Positions 13,177 through 26,400 of a DNA stretch of 64,000 nt are shown one piece after another (the stretch's first letter is position 1; each line of letters begins with the position of its first letter). Source of the DNA: Auanema rhodensis (taxonomy: Eukaryota > Animalia > Nematoda); contig OZ059900.1 of assembly GCA_964057225.1 (NCBI GenBank), positions 20,956,001 through 21,020,000 of the forward strand. The letters are read 5' to 3'. Position numbers and translations under genes: made by a program. A model generated the notes under the pieces. It was not told where the DNA came from. It saw only the letters and a program-made list of their open reading frames with translations, and made no database searches.

Positions 13177-16100
13177 ACTCATATGAACAAAAATCGATTT
13201 AATCAATATTAGCCATAAGGGGCGTGCCCTCAGAATATGCTAATTTCCTTAATTTTCTAACCCCTGTTTTTTTGTCGTGAAAGTGGAACTAGACGTTGTA
13301 CAAACAATTTTGAGCTAGGTTTCATTGACATTGCATGAGTTTGAACACATGAAATCGTAAGTCAAAACCTTGTTTACAGCGAAATTTCCAAAAACTGGTT
13401 TTCCAGCATAATAAAATATTTCTCATGAGAAATACTGTGTATTTGTATTTTTCTAGTGTTCAGCATGTAAAATGCTTCATTTTAGTATGTAACACGATGA
13501 AATTCGTTGCATTTGACGACTCATATGAACAAAAATCGATTTAATCAATATTAGCCATAAGGGGCGTGCCCTCAGAATATGCTAATTTCATTAATTTTCT
13601 AACCCCTGTTTTTTTGTCGTGAAAGTGGAACTAGACGTTGTAGGAACAATTTTGAGCTAGGTTTCATTGACATTGCATGAGTTTGAACACATGAAATCGT
13701 AAGTCAAAACCTTGTTTACAGCGAAATTTCCAAAAACTGGTTTTCCAGCATAATAAAATATTTCTCATGGGAAATACTGTGTTTTTGTATTTTTCTAGTG
13801 TTCAGCATGTAAAATGCTTCATTTTAGTATGTAACACGCTGAAATTCGTTGCATTTGACGACTCATATGAACAAAAATCGATTTAATCAATATTAGCCAT
13901 AAGGGGCGTGCCCTCAGAATATGCTAATTTCCTTAATTTTCTAACCCCTGTTTTTTTGTCGTGAAAGTGGAACTAGACGTTGTACAAACAATTTTGAGCT
14001 AGGTTTCATTGACATTGCATGAGTTTGAACACATGAAATCGTAAGTCAAAACCTTGTTTACAGCGAAATTTCCAAAAACTGGTTTTCCAGCATAATAAAA
14101 TATTTCTCATGAGAAATACTGTGTTTTTGTATTTTTCTAGTGTTCAGCATGTAAAATGCTTCATTTTAGTATGTAACACGCTGAAATTCGTTGCATTTGA
14201 CGACTCATATGAACAAAAATCGATTTAATCAATATTAGCCATAAGGGGCGTGCCCTCAGAATATGCTAATTTCCTTAATTTTCTAACCCCTGTTTTTTTG
14301 TCGTGAAAGTGGAACTAGACGTTGTAGGAACAATTTTGAGCTAGGTTTCATTGACATTGCATGAGTTTGAACACATGAAATCGTAAGTCAAAACCTTGTT
14401 TACAGCGAAATTTCCATAAACTGGTTTTCCAGCATAATAAAATATTTCTCATGGGAAATACTGTGTTTTTGTATTTTTCTAGTGTTCAGCATGTGAAATG
14501 CTTCATTTTAGTATGTAACACGCTGAAATTCGTTGCATTTGACGACTCATATGAACAAAAATCGATTTAATCAATATTAGCCATAAGGGGCGTGCCCTCA
14601 GAATATGCTAATTTCCTTAATTTTCTAACCCCTGTTTTTTTGTCGTGAAAGTGGAACTAGACGTTGTACGAACAATTTTGAGCTAGGTTTCATTGACATT
14701 GCATGAGTTTGAACACATGAAATCGTAAGTCAAAACCTTGTTTACAGCGAAATTTCCAAAAACTGGTTTTCCAGCATAATAAAATATTTCTCATGAGAAA
14801 TACTGTGTTTTTGTATTTTTCTAGTGTTCAGCATGTGAAATGCTTCATTTTAGTATGTAACACGCTGAAATTCGTTGCATTTGACGACTCATATGAACAA
14901 AAATCGATTTAATCAATATTAGCCATAAGGGGCGTGCCCTCAGAATATGCTAATTTCCTTAATTTTCTAACCCCTGTTTTTTTGTCGTGAAAGTGGAACT
15001 AGACGTTGTAGGAACAATTTTGAGCTAGGTTTCATTGACATTGCATGAGTTTGAACACATGAAATCGTAAGTCAAAACCTTGTTTACAGCGAAAATTCCA
15101 AAAACTGGTTTTCCAGCATAATAAAATATTTCTCATGGGAAATACTGTGTTTTTGTATTTTTCTAGTGTTCAGCATGTAAAATGCTTCATTTTAGTATGT
15201 AACACGCTGAAATTCGTTGCATTTGAAGACTCATATGAACAAAAATCGATTTAATCAATATTAGCCATAAGGGGCGTGCCCTCAGAATATGCTAATTTCC
15301 TTAATTTTCTAACCCCTGTTTTTTGTCGTGAAAGTGGAACTAGACGTTGTAGGAACAATTTTGAGCTAGGTTTCATTGACATTGCATGAGTTTGAACACA
15401 TGAAATCGTAAGTCAAAACCTTGTTTACAGCGAAATTTCCAAAAACTGGTTTTCCAGCATAATAAAATATTTCTCATGGGAAATACTGTGTTTTTGTATT
15501 TTTCTAGTGTTCAGCATGTAAAATACTTCATTTTAGTATGTAACACGCTGAAATTCGTTGCATTTGACGACTCATATGAACAAAAATCGATTTAATCAAT
15601 ATTAGCCATAAGGGGCGTGCCCTCAGAATATGCTAATTTCCTAAATTTTCTAACCCCTGTTTTTTTGTCGTGAAAGTGGAACTAGACGTTGTAGGAACAA
15701 TTTTGAGCTAGGTTTCATTGACATTGCATGAGTTTGAACACATGAAATCGTAAGTCAAAACCTTGTTTACAGCGAAATTTCCAAAAACTGGTTTTCCAGC
15801 ATAATAAAATATTTCTCATGGGAAATACTGTGTTTTTGTATTTTTCTAGTGTTCAGCATGTGAAATGCTTCATTTTAGTATGTAACACGCTGAAATTCGT
15901 TGCATTTGACGACTCATATGAACAAAAATCGATTTAATCAATATTAGCCATAAGGGGCGTGCCCTCAGAATATGCTAATTTCCTTAATTTTCTAACCCCG
16001 GTTTTCTTGTCGTGAAAGTGGAATTAGACGTTGTAGGAACAATTTTGAGCTAGGTTTCATTGACATTGCATGAGTTTGAACACATGAAATCGTAAGTCAA

Positions 16101-19100
16101 AACCTTGTTTACAGCGAAATTTCCAAAAACTGGTTTTCCAGCATAATAAAATATTTCTCATGGGAAATACTGTGTTTTTGTATTTTTCTAGTGTTCAGCA
16201 TGTAGAATGCTTCATTTTAGTATGTAACACGCTGAAATTCGTTGCATTTGACGACTCATATGAACAAAAATCGATTTAATCAATATTAGCCATAAGGGGC
16301 GTGCCCTCAGAATATGCTAATTTCCTTAATTTTCTAACCCCTGTTTTTTTGTCGTGAAAGTGGAACTAGACGTTGTACAAACAATTTTGAGCTAGGTTTC
16401 ATTGACATTGCATGAGTTTGAACACATGAAATCGTAAGTCAAAACCTTGTTTACAGCGAAATTTCCAAAAACTGGTTTTCCAGCATAATAAAATATTTCT
16501 CATGAGAAATACTGTGTATTTGTATTTTTCTAGTGTTCAGCATGTAAAATGCTTCATTTTAGTATGTAACACGATGAAATTCGTTGCATTTGACGACTCA
16601 TATGAACAAAAATCGATTTAATCAATATTAGCCATAAGGGGCGTGCCCTCAGAATATGCTAATTTCATTAATTTTCTAACCCCTGTTTTTTTGTCGTGAA
16701 AGTGGAACTAGACGTTGTAGGAACAATTTTGAGCTAGGTTTCATTGACATTGCATGAGTTTGAACACATGAAATCGTAAGTCAAAACCTTGTTTACAGCG
16801 AAATTTCCAAAAACTGGTTTTCCAGCATAATAAAATATTTCTCATGGGAAATACTGTGTTTTTGTATTTTTCTAGTGTTCAGCATGTAAAATGCTTCATT
16901 TTAGTATGTAACACGCTGAAATTCGTTGCATTTGACGACTCATATGAACAAAAATCGATTTAATCAATATTAGCCATAAGGGGCGTGCCCTCAGAATATG
17001 CTAATTTCCTTAATTTTCTAACCCCTGTTTTTTTGTCGTGAAAGTGGAACTAGACGTTGTACAAACAATTTTGAGCTAGGTTTCATTGACATTGCATGAG
17101 TTTGAACACATGAAATCGTAAGTCAAAACCTTGTTTACAGCGAAATTTCCAAAAACTGGTTTTCCAGCATAATAAAATATTTCTCATGAGAAATACTGTG
17201 TTTTTGTATTTTTCTAGTGTTCAGCATGTAAAATGCTTCATTTTAGTATGTAACACGCTGAAATTCGTTGCATTTGACGACTCATATGAACAAAAATCGA
17301 TTTAATCAATATTAGCCATAAGGGGCGTGCCCTCAGAATATGCTAATTTCCTTAATTTTCTAACCCCTGTTTTTTTGTCGTGAAAGTGGAACTAGACGTT
17401 GTAGGAACAATTTTGAGCTAGGTTTCATTGACATTGCATGAGTTTGAACACATGAAATCGTAAGTCAAAACCTTGTTTACAGCGAAATTTCCATAAACTG
17501 GTTTTCCAGCATAATAAAATATTTCTCATGGGAAATACTGTGTTTTTGTATTTTTCTAGTGTTCAGCATGTGAAATGCTTCATTTTAGTATGTAACACGC
17601 TGAAATTCGTTGCATTTGACGACTCATATGAACAAAAATCGATTTAATCAATATTAGCCATAAGGGGCGTGCCCTCAGAATATGCTAATTTCCTTAATTT
17701 TCTAACCCCTGTTTTTTTGTCGTGAAAGTGGAACTAGACGTTGTACGAACAATTTTGAGCTAGGTTTCATTGACATTGCATGAGTTTGAACACATGAAAT
17801 CGTAAGTCAAAACCTTGTTTACAGCGAAATTTCCAAAAACTGGTTTTCCAGCATAATAAAATATTTCTCATGAGAAATACTGTGTTTTTGTATTTTTCTA
17901 GTGTTCAGCATGTGAAATGCTTCATTTTAGTATGTAACACGCTGAAATTCGTTGCATTTGACGACTCATATGAACAAAAATCGATTTAATCAATATTAGC
18001 CATAAGGGGCGTGCCCTCAGAATATGCTAATTTCCTTAATTTTCTAACCCCTGTTTTTTTGTCGTGAAAGTGGAACTAGACGTTGTAGGAACAATTTTGA
18101 GCTAGGTTTCATTGACATTGCATGAGTTTGAACACATGAAATCGTAAGTCAAAACCTTGTTTACAGCGAAAATTCCAAAAACTGGTTTTCCAGCATAATA
18201 AAATATTTCTCATGGGAAATACTGTGTTTTTGTATTTTTCTAGTGTTCAGCATGTAAAATGCTTCATTTTAGTATGTAACACGCTGAAATTCGTTGCATT
18301 TGAAGACTCATATGAACAAAAATCGATTTAATCAATATTAGCCATAAGGGGCGTGCCCTCAGAATATGCTAATTTCCTTAATTTTCTAACCCCTGTTTTT
18401 TGTCGTGAAAGTGGAACTAGACGTTGTAGGAACAATTTTGAGCTAGGTTTCATTGACATTGCATGAGTTTGAACACATGAAATCGTAAGTCAAAACCTTG
18501 TTTACAGCGAAATTTCCAAAAACTGGTTTTCCAGCATAATAAAATATTTCTCATGGGAAATACTGTGTTTTTGTATTTTTCTAGTGTTCAGCATGTAAAA
18601 TACTTCATTTTAGTATGTAACACGCTGAAATTCGTTGCATTTGACGACTCATATGAACAAAAATCGATTTAATCAATATTAGCCATAAGGGGCGTGCCCT
18701 CAGAATATGCTAATTTCCTAAATTTTCTAACCCCTGTTTTTTTGTCGTGAAAGTGGAACTAGACGTTGTAGGAACAATTTTGAGCTAGGTTTCATTGACA
18801 TTGCATGAGTTTGAACACATGAAATCGTAAGTCAAAACCTTGTTTACAGCGAAATTTCCAAAAACTGGTTTTCCAGCATAATAAAATATTTCTCATGGGA
18901 AATACTGTGTTTTTGTATTTTTCTAGTGTTCAGCATGTGAAATGCTTCATTTTAGTATGTAACACGCTGAAATTCGTTGCATTTGACGACTCATATGAAC
19001 AAAAATCGATTTAATCAATATTAGCCATAAGGGGCGTGCCCTCAGAATATGCTAATTTCCTTAATTTTCTAACCCCGGTTTTTTTGTCGTGAAAGTGGAA

Positions 19101-19453
19101 TTAGACGTTGTAGGAACAATTTTGAGCTAGGTTTCATTGACATTGCATGAGTTTGAACACATGAAATCGTAAGTCAAAACCTTGTTTACAGCGAAATTTC
19201 CAAAAACTGGTTTTCCAGCATAATAAAATATTTCTCATGGGAAATACTGTGTTTTTGTATTTTTCTAGTGTTCAGCATGTAGAATGCTTCATTTTAGTAT
19301 GTAACACGCTGAAATTCGTTGCATTTGACGACTCATATGAACAAAAATCGATTTAATCAATATTAGCCATAAGGGGCGTGCCCTCAGAATATGCTAATTT
19401 CCTTAATTTTCTAACCCCTGTTTTTTTGTCGTGAAAGTGGAACTAGACGTTGT
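13177..19453 (+). repeat. 9-monomer higher-order tandem duplication, period 3077 bp (2 copies)
   Basis: Rare variants recur 3077 bp apart: GTGTATTTG (13441/16518), CCATAAA (~14417/17494), GAAAATTCC (~15091/18168), GAAGAC (~15225/18302), a T-run deletion (~15320/18397), AAATACTT (~15521/18598), CCTAAAT (~15640/18717). Ends are approximate. Confidence 0.9.
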
Positions 19454-20531
19454 AGGAACAATTTTGAGCTAGGTTTCATTGACATTGCATGAGTTTGAAC
19501 ACATGAAATCGTAAGTCAAAACCTTGTTTACAGCGAAATTTCCAAAAACTGGTTTTCCAGCATAATAAAATATTTCTCATGGGAAATACTGTGTTTTTGT
19601 ATTTTTCTAGTGTTCAGCATGTAAAATGCTTCATTTTAGTATGTAACACGCTGAAATTCGTTGCATTTGACGACTCATATGAACAAAAATCGATTTAATC
19701 AATATTAGCCATAAGGGGCGTGCCCTCAGAATATGCTAATTTCCTTAATTTTCTAACCCCTGTTTTTTTGTCGTGAAAGTGGAATTAGACGTTGTAGGAA
19801 CAATTTTGAGCTAGGTTTCATTGACATTGCATGAGTTTGAACGCATGAAATCGTAAGTCAAAACCTTGTTTACAGCGAAATTTCCAAAAACTGGTTTTCC
19901 AGCATAATAAAATATTTCTCATGGGAAATACTGTGTTTTTGTATTTTTCTAGTGTTCAGCATGTAAAATGCTTCATTTTAGTATGTAACACGCTGAAATT
20001 CGTTGCATTTGACGACTCATATGAACAAAAATCGATTTAATCAATATTAGCCATAAGGGGCGTGCCCTCAGAATATGCTAATTTCCTTAATTTTCTAACC
20101 CCTGTTTTTTTGTCGTGAAAGTGGAACTAGACGTTGTACAAACAATTTTGAGCTAGGTTTCATTGACATTGCATGAGTTTGAACACATGAAATCGTAAGT
20201 CAAAACCTTGTTTACAGCGAAATTTCCAAAAACTGGTTTTCCAGCATAATAAAATATTTCTCATGAGAAATACTGTGTTTTTGTATTTTTCTAGTGTTCA
20301 GCATGTAAAATGCTTCATTTTAGTATGTAACACGCTGAAATTCGTTGCATTTGACGACTCATATGAACAAAAATCGATTTAATCAATATTAGCCATAAGG
20401 GGCGTGCCCTCAGAATATGCTAATTTCCTTAATTTTCTAACCCCTGTTTTTTTGTCGTGAAAGTGGAACTAGACGTTGTAGGAACAATTTTGAGCTAGGT
20501 TTCATTGACATTGCATGAGTTTGAACACATG

Positions 20532-20739
20532 AAATCGTAAGTCAAAACCTTGTTTACAGCGAAATTTCCAAAAACTGGTTTTCCAGCATAATAAAATATT
20601 TCTCATGGGAAATACTGTGTTTTTGTATTTTTCTAGTGTTCAGCACAAAAACACAGTATTTCCCATGAGAAATATTTTATTATGCTGGAAAACCAGTTTT
20701 TGGAAATTTCGCTGTAAACAAGGTTTTGACTTACGATTT
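20532..20739. repeat. Perfect 95-bp inverted repeat with 18-nt spacer at the strand switch (fold-back junction)
   Basis: 20532-20626 (monomer positions 13-107) is the exact reverse complement of 20645-20739. The spacer is 20627-20644, ATTTTTCTAGTGTTCAGC. The A at 20645 fits both orientations. Confidence 0.95.
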
Positions 20740-20773
20740 TTTTCACGACGATTTTTTTCAATTTTTTTTTTTT
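20740..20773. other. 34-bp T-rich junction insertion replacing 184 bp of satellite
   Basis: TTTTCACGACGATTTTTTTCAATTTTTTTTTTTT lies between minus-strand monomer position 13 (20739) and position 170 (20774). ACGATTTTTTTCA occurs at both 20733-20745 and 20748-20760. Confidence 0.9.
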
Positions 20774-21299
20774 CAACGAATTTCAGCGTGTTACATACTA
20801 AAATGAAGCATTTTACATGCTGAACACTAGAAAAATACAAAAACACAGTATTTCTCATGAGAAATATTTTATTATGCTGGAAAACCAGTTTTTGGAAATT
20901 TCGCTGTAAACAAGGTTTTGACTTACGATTTCATGTGTTCAAACTCATGCAATGTCAATGAAACCTAGCTCAAAATTGTTTGTACAACGTCTAGTTCCAC
21001 TTTCACGACAAAAAAACAGGGGTTAGAAAATTAAGGAAATTAGCATATTCTGAGGGCACGCCCCTTATGGCTAATATTGATTAAATCGATTTTTGTTCAT
21101 ATGAGTCGTCAAATGCAACGAATTTCAGCGTGTTACATACTAAAATGAAGCATTTTACATGCTGAACACTAGAAAAATACAAAAACACAGTATTTCCCAT
21201 GAGAAATATTTTATTATGCTGGAAAACCAGTTTTTGGAAATTTCGCTGTAAACAAGGTTTTGACTTACGATTTCATGTGTTCAAACTCATGCAATGTCA

Positions 21300-24200
21300 A
21301 TGAAACCTAGCTCAAAATTGTTCCTACAACGTCTAGTTCCACTTTCACGACAAAAAAACAGGGGTTAGAAAATTAATGAAATTAGCATATTCTGAGGGCA
21401 CGCCCCTTATGGCTAATATTGATTAAATCGATTTTTGTTCATATGAGTCGTCAAATGCAACGAATTTCATCGTGTTACATACTAAAATGAAGCATTTTAC
21501 ATGCTGAACACTAGAAAAATACAAAAACACAGTATTTCCCATGAGAAATATTTTATTATGCTGGAAAACCAGTTTTTGGAAATTTCGCTGTAAACAAGGT
21601 TTTGACTTACGATTTCATGTGTTCAAACTCATGCAATGTCAATGAAACCTAGCTCAAAATTGTTCCTACAACGTCTAGTTCCACTTTCACGACAAAAAAA
21701 CAGGGGTTAGAAAATTAATGAAATTAGCATATTCTGAGGGCACGCCCCTTATGGCTAATATTGATTAAATCGATTTTTGTTCATATGAGTCGTCAAATGC
21801 AACGAATTTCATCGTGTTACATACTAAAATGAAGCATTTTACATGCTGAACACTAGAAAAATACAAAAAAACAGTATTTCTCATGAGAAATATTTTATTA
21901 TGCTGGAAAACCAGTTTTTGGAAATTTCGCTGTAAACAAGGTTTTGACTTACGATTTCATGTGTTCAAACTCATGCAATGTCAATGAAACCTAGCTCAAA
22001 ATTGTTTGTACAACGTCTAGTTCCACTTTCACGACAAAAAAACAGGGGTTAGAAAATTAAGGAAATTAGCATATTCTGAGGGCACGCCCCTTATGGCTAA
22101 TATTGATTAAATCGATTTTTGTTCATATGAGTAGTCAAATGCAACGAATTTCAGCGTGTTACATACTAAAATGAAGCATTTTACATGCTGAACACTAGAA
22201 AAATACAAAAACACAGTATTTCCCATGAGAAATATTTTATTATGCTGGAAAACCAGTTTTTGGAAATTTCGCTGTAAACAAGGTTTTGACTTACGATTTC
22301 ATGTGTTCAAACTCATGCAATGTCAATGAAACCTAGCTCAAAATTGTTCCTACAACGTCTAAATCCACTTTCACGACAAAAAAACCGGGGTTAGAAAATT
22401 AAGGAAATTAGCATATTCTGAGGGCACGCCCCTTATGGCTAATATTGATTAAATCGATTTTTGTTCATATGAGTCGTCAAATGCAACGAATTTCAGCGTG
22501 TTACATACTAAAATGAAGCATTTCACATGCTGAACACTAGAAAAATACAAAAACACAGTATTTCCCATGAGAAATATTTTATTATGCTGGAAAACCAGTT
22601 TTTGGAAATTTCGCTGTAAACAAGGTTTTGACTTACGATTTCATGTGTTCAAACTCATGCAATGTCAATGAAATCTAGCTCAAAATTGTTCCTACAACGT
22701 CTAGTTCCACTTTCACGACAAAAAAACAGGGGTTAGAAAATTAAGGAAATTAGCATATTCTGAGGGCACGCCCCTTATGGCTAATATTGATTAAATCGAT
22801 TTTTGTTCATATGAGTCGTCAAATGCAACGAATTTCAGCGTGTTACATACTAAAATGAAGCATTTTACATGCTGAACACTAGAAAAATACAAAAACACAG
22901 TATTTCTCATGAGAAATATTTTATTATGCTGGAAAACCAGTTTTTGGAAATTTCGCTGTAAACAAGGTTTTGACTTACGATTTCATGTGTTCAAACTCAT
23001 GCAATGTCAATGAAACCTAGCTCAAAATTGTTTGTACAACGTCTAGTTCCACTTTCACGACAAAAAAACAGGGGTTAGAAAATTAAGGAAATTAGCATAT
23101 TCTGAGGGCACGCCCCTTATGGCTAATATTGATTAAATCGATTTTTGTTCATATGAGTAGTCAAATGCAACGAATTTCAGCGTGTTACATACTAAAATGA
23201 AGCATTTTACATGCTGAACACTAGAAAAATACAAAAACACAGTATTTCCCATGAGAAATATTTTATTATGCTGGAAAACCAGTTTTTGGAAATTTCGCTG
23301 TAAACAAGGTTTTGACTTACGATTTCATGTGTTCAAACTCATGCAATGTCAATGAAACCTAGCTCAAAATTGTTCCTACAACGTCTAAATCCACTTTCAC
23401 GACAAAAAAACCGGGGTTAGAAAATTAAGGAAATTAGCATATTCTGAGGGCACGCCCCTTATGGCTAATATTGATTAAATCGATTTTTGTTCATATGAGT
23501 CGTCAAATGCAACGAATTTCAGCGTGTTACATACTAAAATGAAGCATTTCACATGCTGAACACTAGAAAAATACAAAAACACAGTATTTCCCATGAGAAA
23601 TATTTTATTATGCTGGAAAACCAGTTTTTGGAAATTTCGCTGTAAACAAGGTTTTGACTTACGATTTCATGTGTTCAAACTCATGCAATGTCAATGAAAC
23701 CTAGCTCAAAATTGTTCCTACAACGTCTAGTTCCACTTTCACGACAAAAAAACAGGGGTTAGAAAATTAATGAAATTAGCATATTCTGAGGGCACGCCCC
23801 TTATGGCTAATATTGATTAAATCGATTTTTGTTCATATGAGTCGTCAAATGCAACGAATTTCATCGTGTTACATACTAAAATGAAGCATTTTACATGCTG
23901 AACACTAGAAAAATACAAAAACACAGTATTTCCCATGAGAAATATTTTATTATGCTGGAAAACCAGTTTTTGGAAATTTCGCTGTAAACAAGGTTTTGAC
24001 TTACGATTTCATGTGTTCAAACTCATGCAATGTCAATGAAACCTAGCTCAAAATTGTTCCTACAACGTCTAGTTCCACTTTCACGACAAAAAAACAGGGG
24101 TTAGAAAATTAATGAAATTAGCATATTCTGAGGGCACGCCCCTTATGGCTAATATTGATTAAATCGATTTTTGTTCATATGAGTCGTCAAATGCAACGAA

Positions 24201-26400
24201 TTTCATCGTGTTACATACTAAAATGAAGCATTTTACATGCTGAACACTAGAAAAATACAAAAAAACAGTATTTCTCATGAGAAATATTTTATTATGCTGG
24301 AAAACCAGTTTTTGGAAATTTCGCTGTAAACAAGGTTTTGACTTACGATTTCATGTGTTCAAACTCATGCAATGTCAATGAAACCTAGCTCAAAATTGTT
24401 TGTACAACGTCTAGTTCCACTTTCACGACAAAAAAACAGGGGTTAGAAAATTAAGGAAATTAGCATATTCTGAGGGCACGCCCCTTATGGCTAATATTGA
24501 TTAAATCGATTTTTGTTCATATGAGTAGTCAAATGCAACGAATTTCAGCGTGTTACATACTAAAATGAAGCATTTTACATGCTGAACACTAGAAAAATAC
24601 AAAAACACAGTATTTCCCATGAGAAATATTTTATTATGCTGGAAAACCAGTTTTTGGAAATTTCGCTGTAAACAAGGTTTTGACTTACGATTTCATGTGT
24701 TCAAACTCATGCAATGTCAATGAAACCTAGCTCAAAATTGTTCCTACAACGTCTAAATCCACTTTCACGACAAAAAAACCGGGGTTAGAAAATTAAGGAA
24801 ATTAGCATATTCTGAGGGCACGCCCCTTATGGCTAATATTGATTAAATCGATTTTTGTTCATATGAGTCGTCAAATGCAACGAATTTCAGCGTGTTACAT
24901 ACTAAAATGAAGCATTTCACATGCTGAACACTAGAAAAATACAAAAACACAGTATTTCCCATGAGAAATATTTTATTATGCTGGAAAACCAGTTTTTGGA
25001 AATTTCGCTGTAAACAAGGTTTTGACTTACGATTTCATGTGTTCAAACTCATGCAATGTCAATGAAATCTAGCTCAAAATTGTTCCTACAACGTCTAGTT
25101 CCACTTTCACGACAAAAAAACAGGGGTTAGAAAATTAAGGAAATTAGCATATTCTGAGGGCACGCCCCTTATGGCTAATATTGATTAAATCGATTTTTGT
25201 TCATATGAGTCGTCAAATGCAACGAATTTCAGCGTGTTACATACTAAAATGAAGCATTTTACATGCTGAACACTAGAAAAATACAAAAACACAGTATTTC
25301 TCATGAGAAATATTTTATTATGCTGGAAAACCAGTTTTTGGAAATTTCGCTGTAAACAAGGTTTTGACTTACGATTTCATGTGTTCAAACTCATGCAATG
25401 TCAATGAAACCTAGCTCAAAATTGTTTGTACAACGTCTAGTTCCACTTTCACGACAAAAAAACAGGGGTTAGAAAATTAAGGAAATTAGCATATTCTGAG
25501 GGCACGCCCCTTATGGCTAATATTGATTAAATCGATTTTTGTTCATATGAGTAGTCAAATGCAACGAATTTCAGCGTGTTACATACTAAAATGAAGCATT
25601 TTACATGCTGAACACTAGAAAAATACAAAAACACAGTATTTCCCATGAGAAATATTTTATTATGCTGGAAAACCAGTTTTTGGAAATTTCGCTGTAAACA
25701 AGGTTTTGACTTACGATTTCATGTGTTCAAACTCATGCAATGTCAATGAAACCTAGCTCAAAATTGTTCCTACAACGTCTAAATCCACTTTCACGACAAA
25801 AAAACCGGGGTTAGAAAATTAAGGAAATTAGCATATTCTGAGGGCACGCCCCTTATGGCTAATATTGATTAAATCGATTTTTGTTCATATGAGTCGTCAA
25901 ATGCAACGAATTTCAGCGTGTTACATACTAAAATGAAGCATTTCACATGCTGAACACTAGAAAAATACAAAAACACAGTATTTCCCATGAGAAATATTTT
26001 ATTATGCTGGAAAACCAGTTTTTGGAAATTTCGCTGTAAACAAGGTTTTGACTTACGATTTCATGTGTTCAAACTCATGCAATGTCAATGAAATCTAGCT
26101 CAAAATTGTTCCTACAACGTCTAGTTCCACTTTCACGACAAAAAAACAGGGGTTAGAAAATTAAGGAAATTAGCATATTCTGAGGGCACGCCCCTTATGG
26201 CTAATATTGATTAAATCGATTTTTGTTCATATGAGTCGTCAAATGCAACGAATTTCAGCGTGTTACATACTAAAATGAAGCATTTTACATGCTGAACACT
26301 AGAAAAATACAAAAACACAGTATTTCTCATGAGAAATATTTTATTATGCTGGAAAACCAGTTTTTGGAAATTTCGCTGTAAACAAGGTTTTGACTTACGA
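21300..26400 (-). repeat. 7-monomer duplication (period 2394 bp) with a nested 3-monomer unit (1026 bp)
   Basis: ATACAAAAAAACAG at 21861/24255; AAATCTAGCT at 22671/25065/26091; AAATCCAC at ~22361/23387/24755/25781. Ends are approximate. Confidence 0.85.

Larger units (their letters stand above)
1..20645 (+). repeat. 342-bp satellite DNA tandem array, left arm (60 complete monomers plus positions 1-126 of a 61st)
   Basis: TTTGAACACATGAAATCG recurs at 1, 343, 685, 1027 and so on (period 342). The 61st monomer starts at 20520, which fits one +1 indel (~1186) and two -1 indels (~15320, ~18397). Monomers differ by only about 0-5 substitutions. Confidence 0.99.

Noticed and set aside
20740-20773. 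Retrotransposon poly(A) tail or MITE at the junction
   Set aside because: No target-site duplication or element body; the insert is explained by copies of adjacent satellite sequence.
20605-20823. 72-aa ORF on + strand
   Set aside because: It exists only because the inversion and T-rich insertion remove stop codons. It is low-complexity (F/K-rich) translated satellite with no recognisable domain.
20640-20858. 72-aa ORF on - strand
   Set aside because: Mirror-image by-product of the same junction. It repeats the satellite-derived peptide NTVFL and has no coding evidence.
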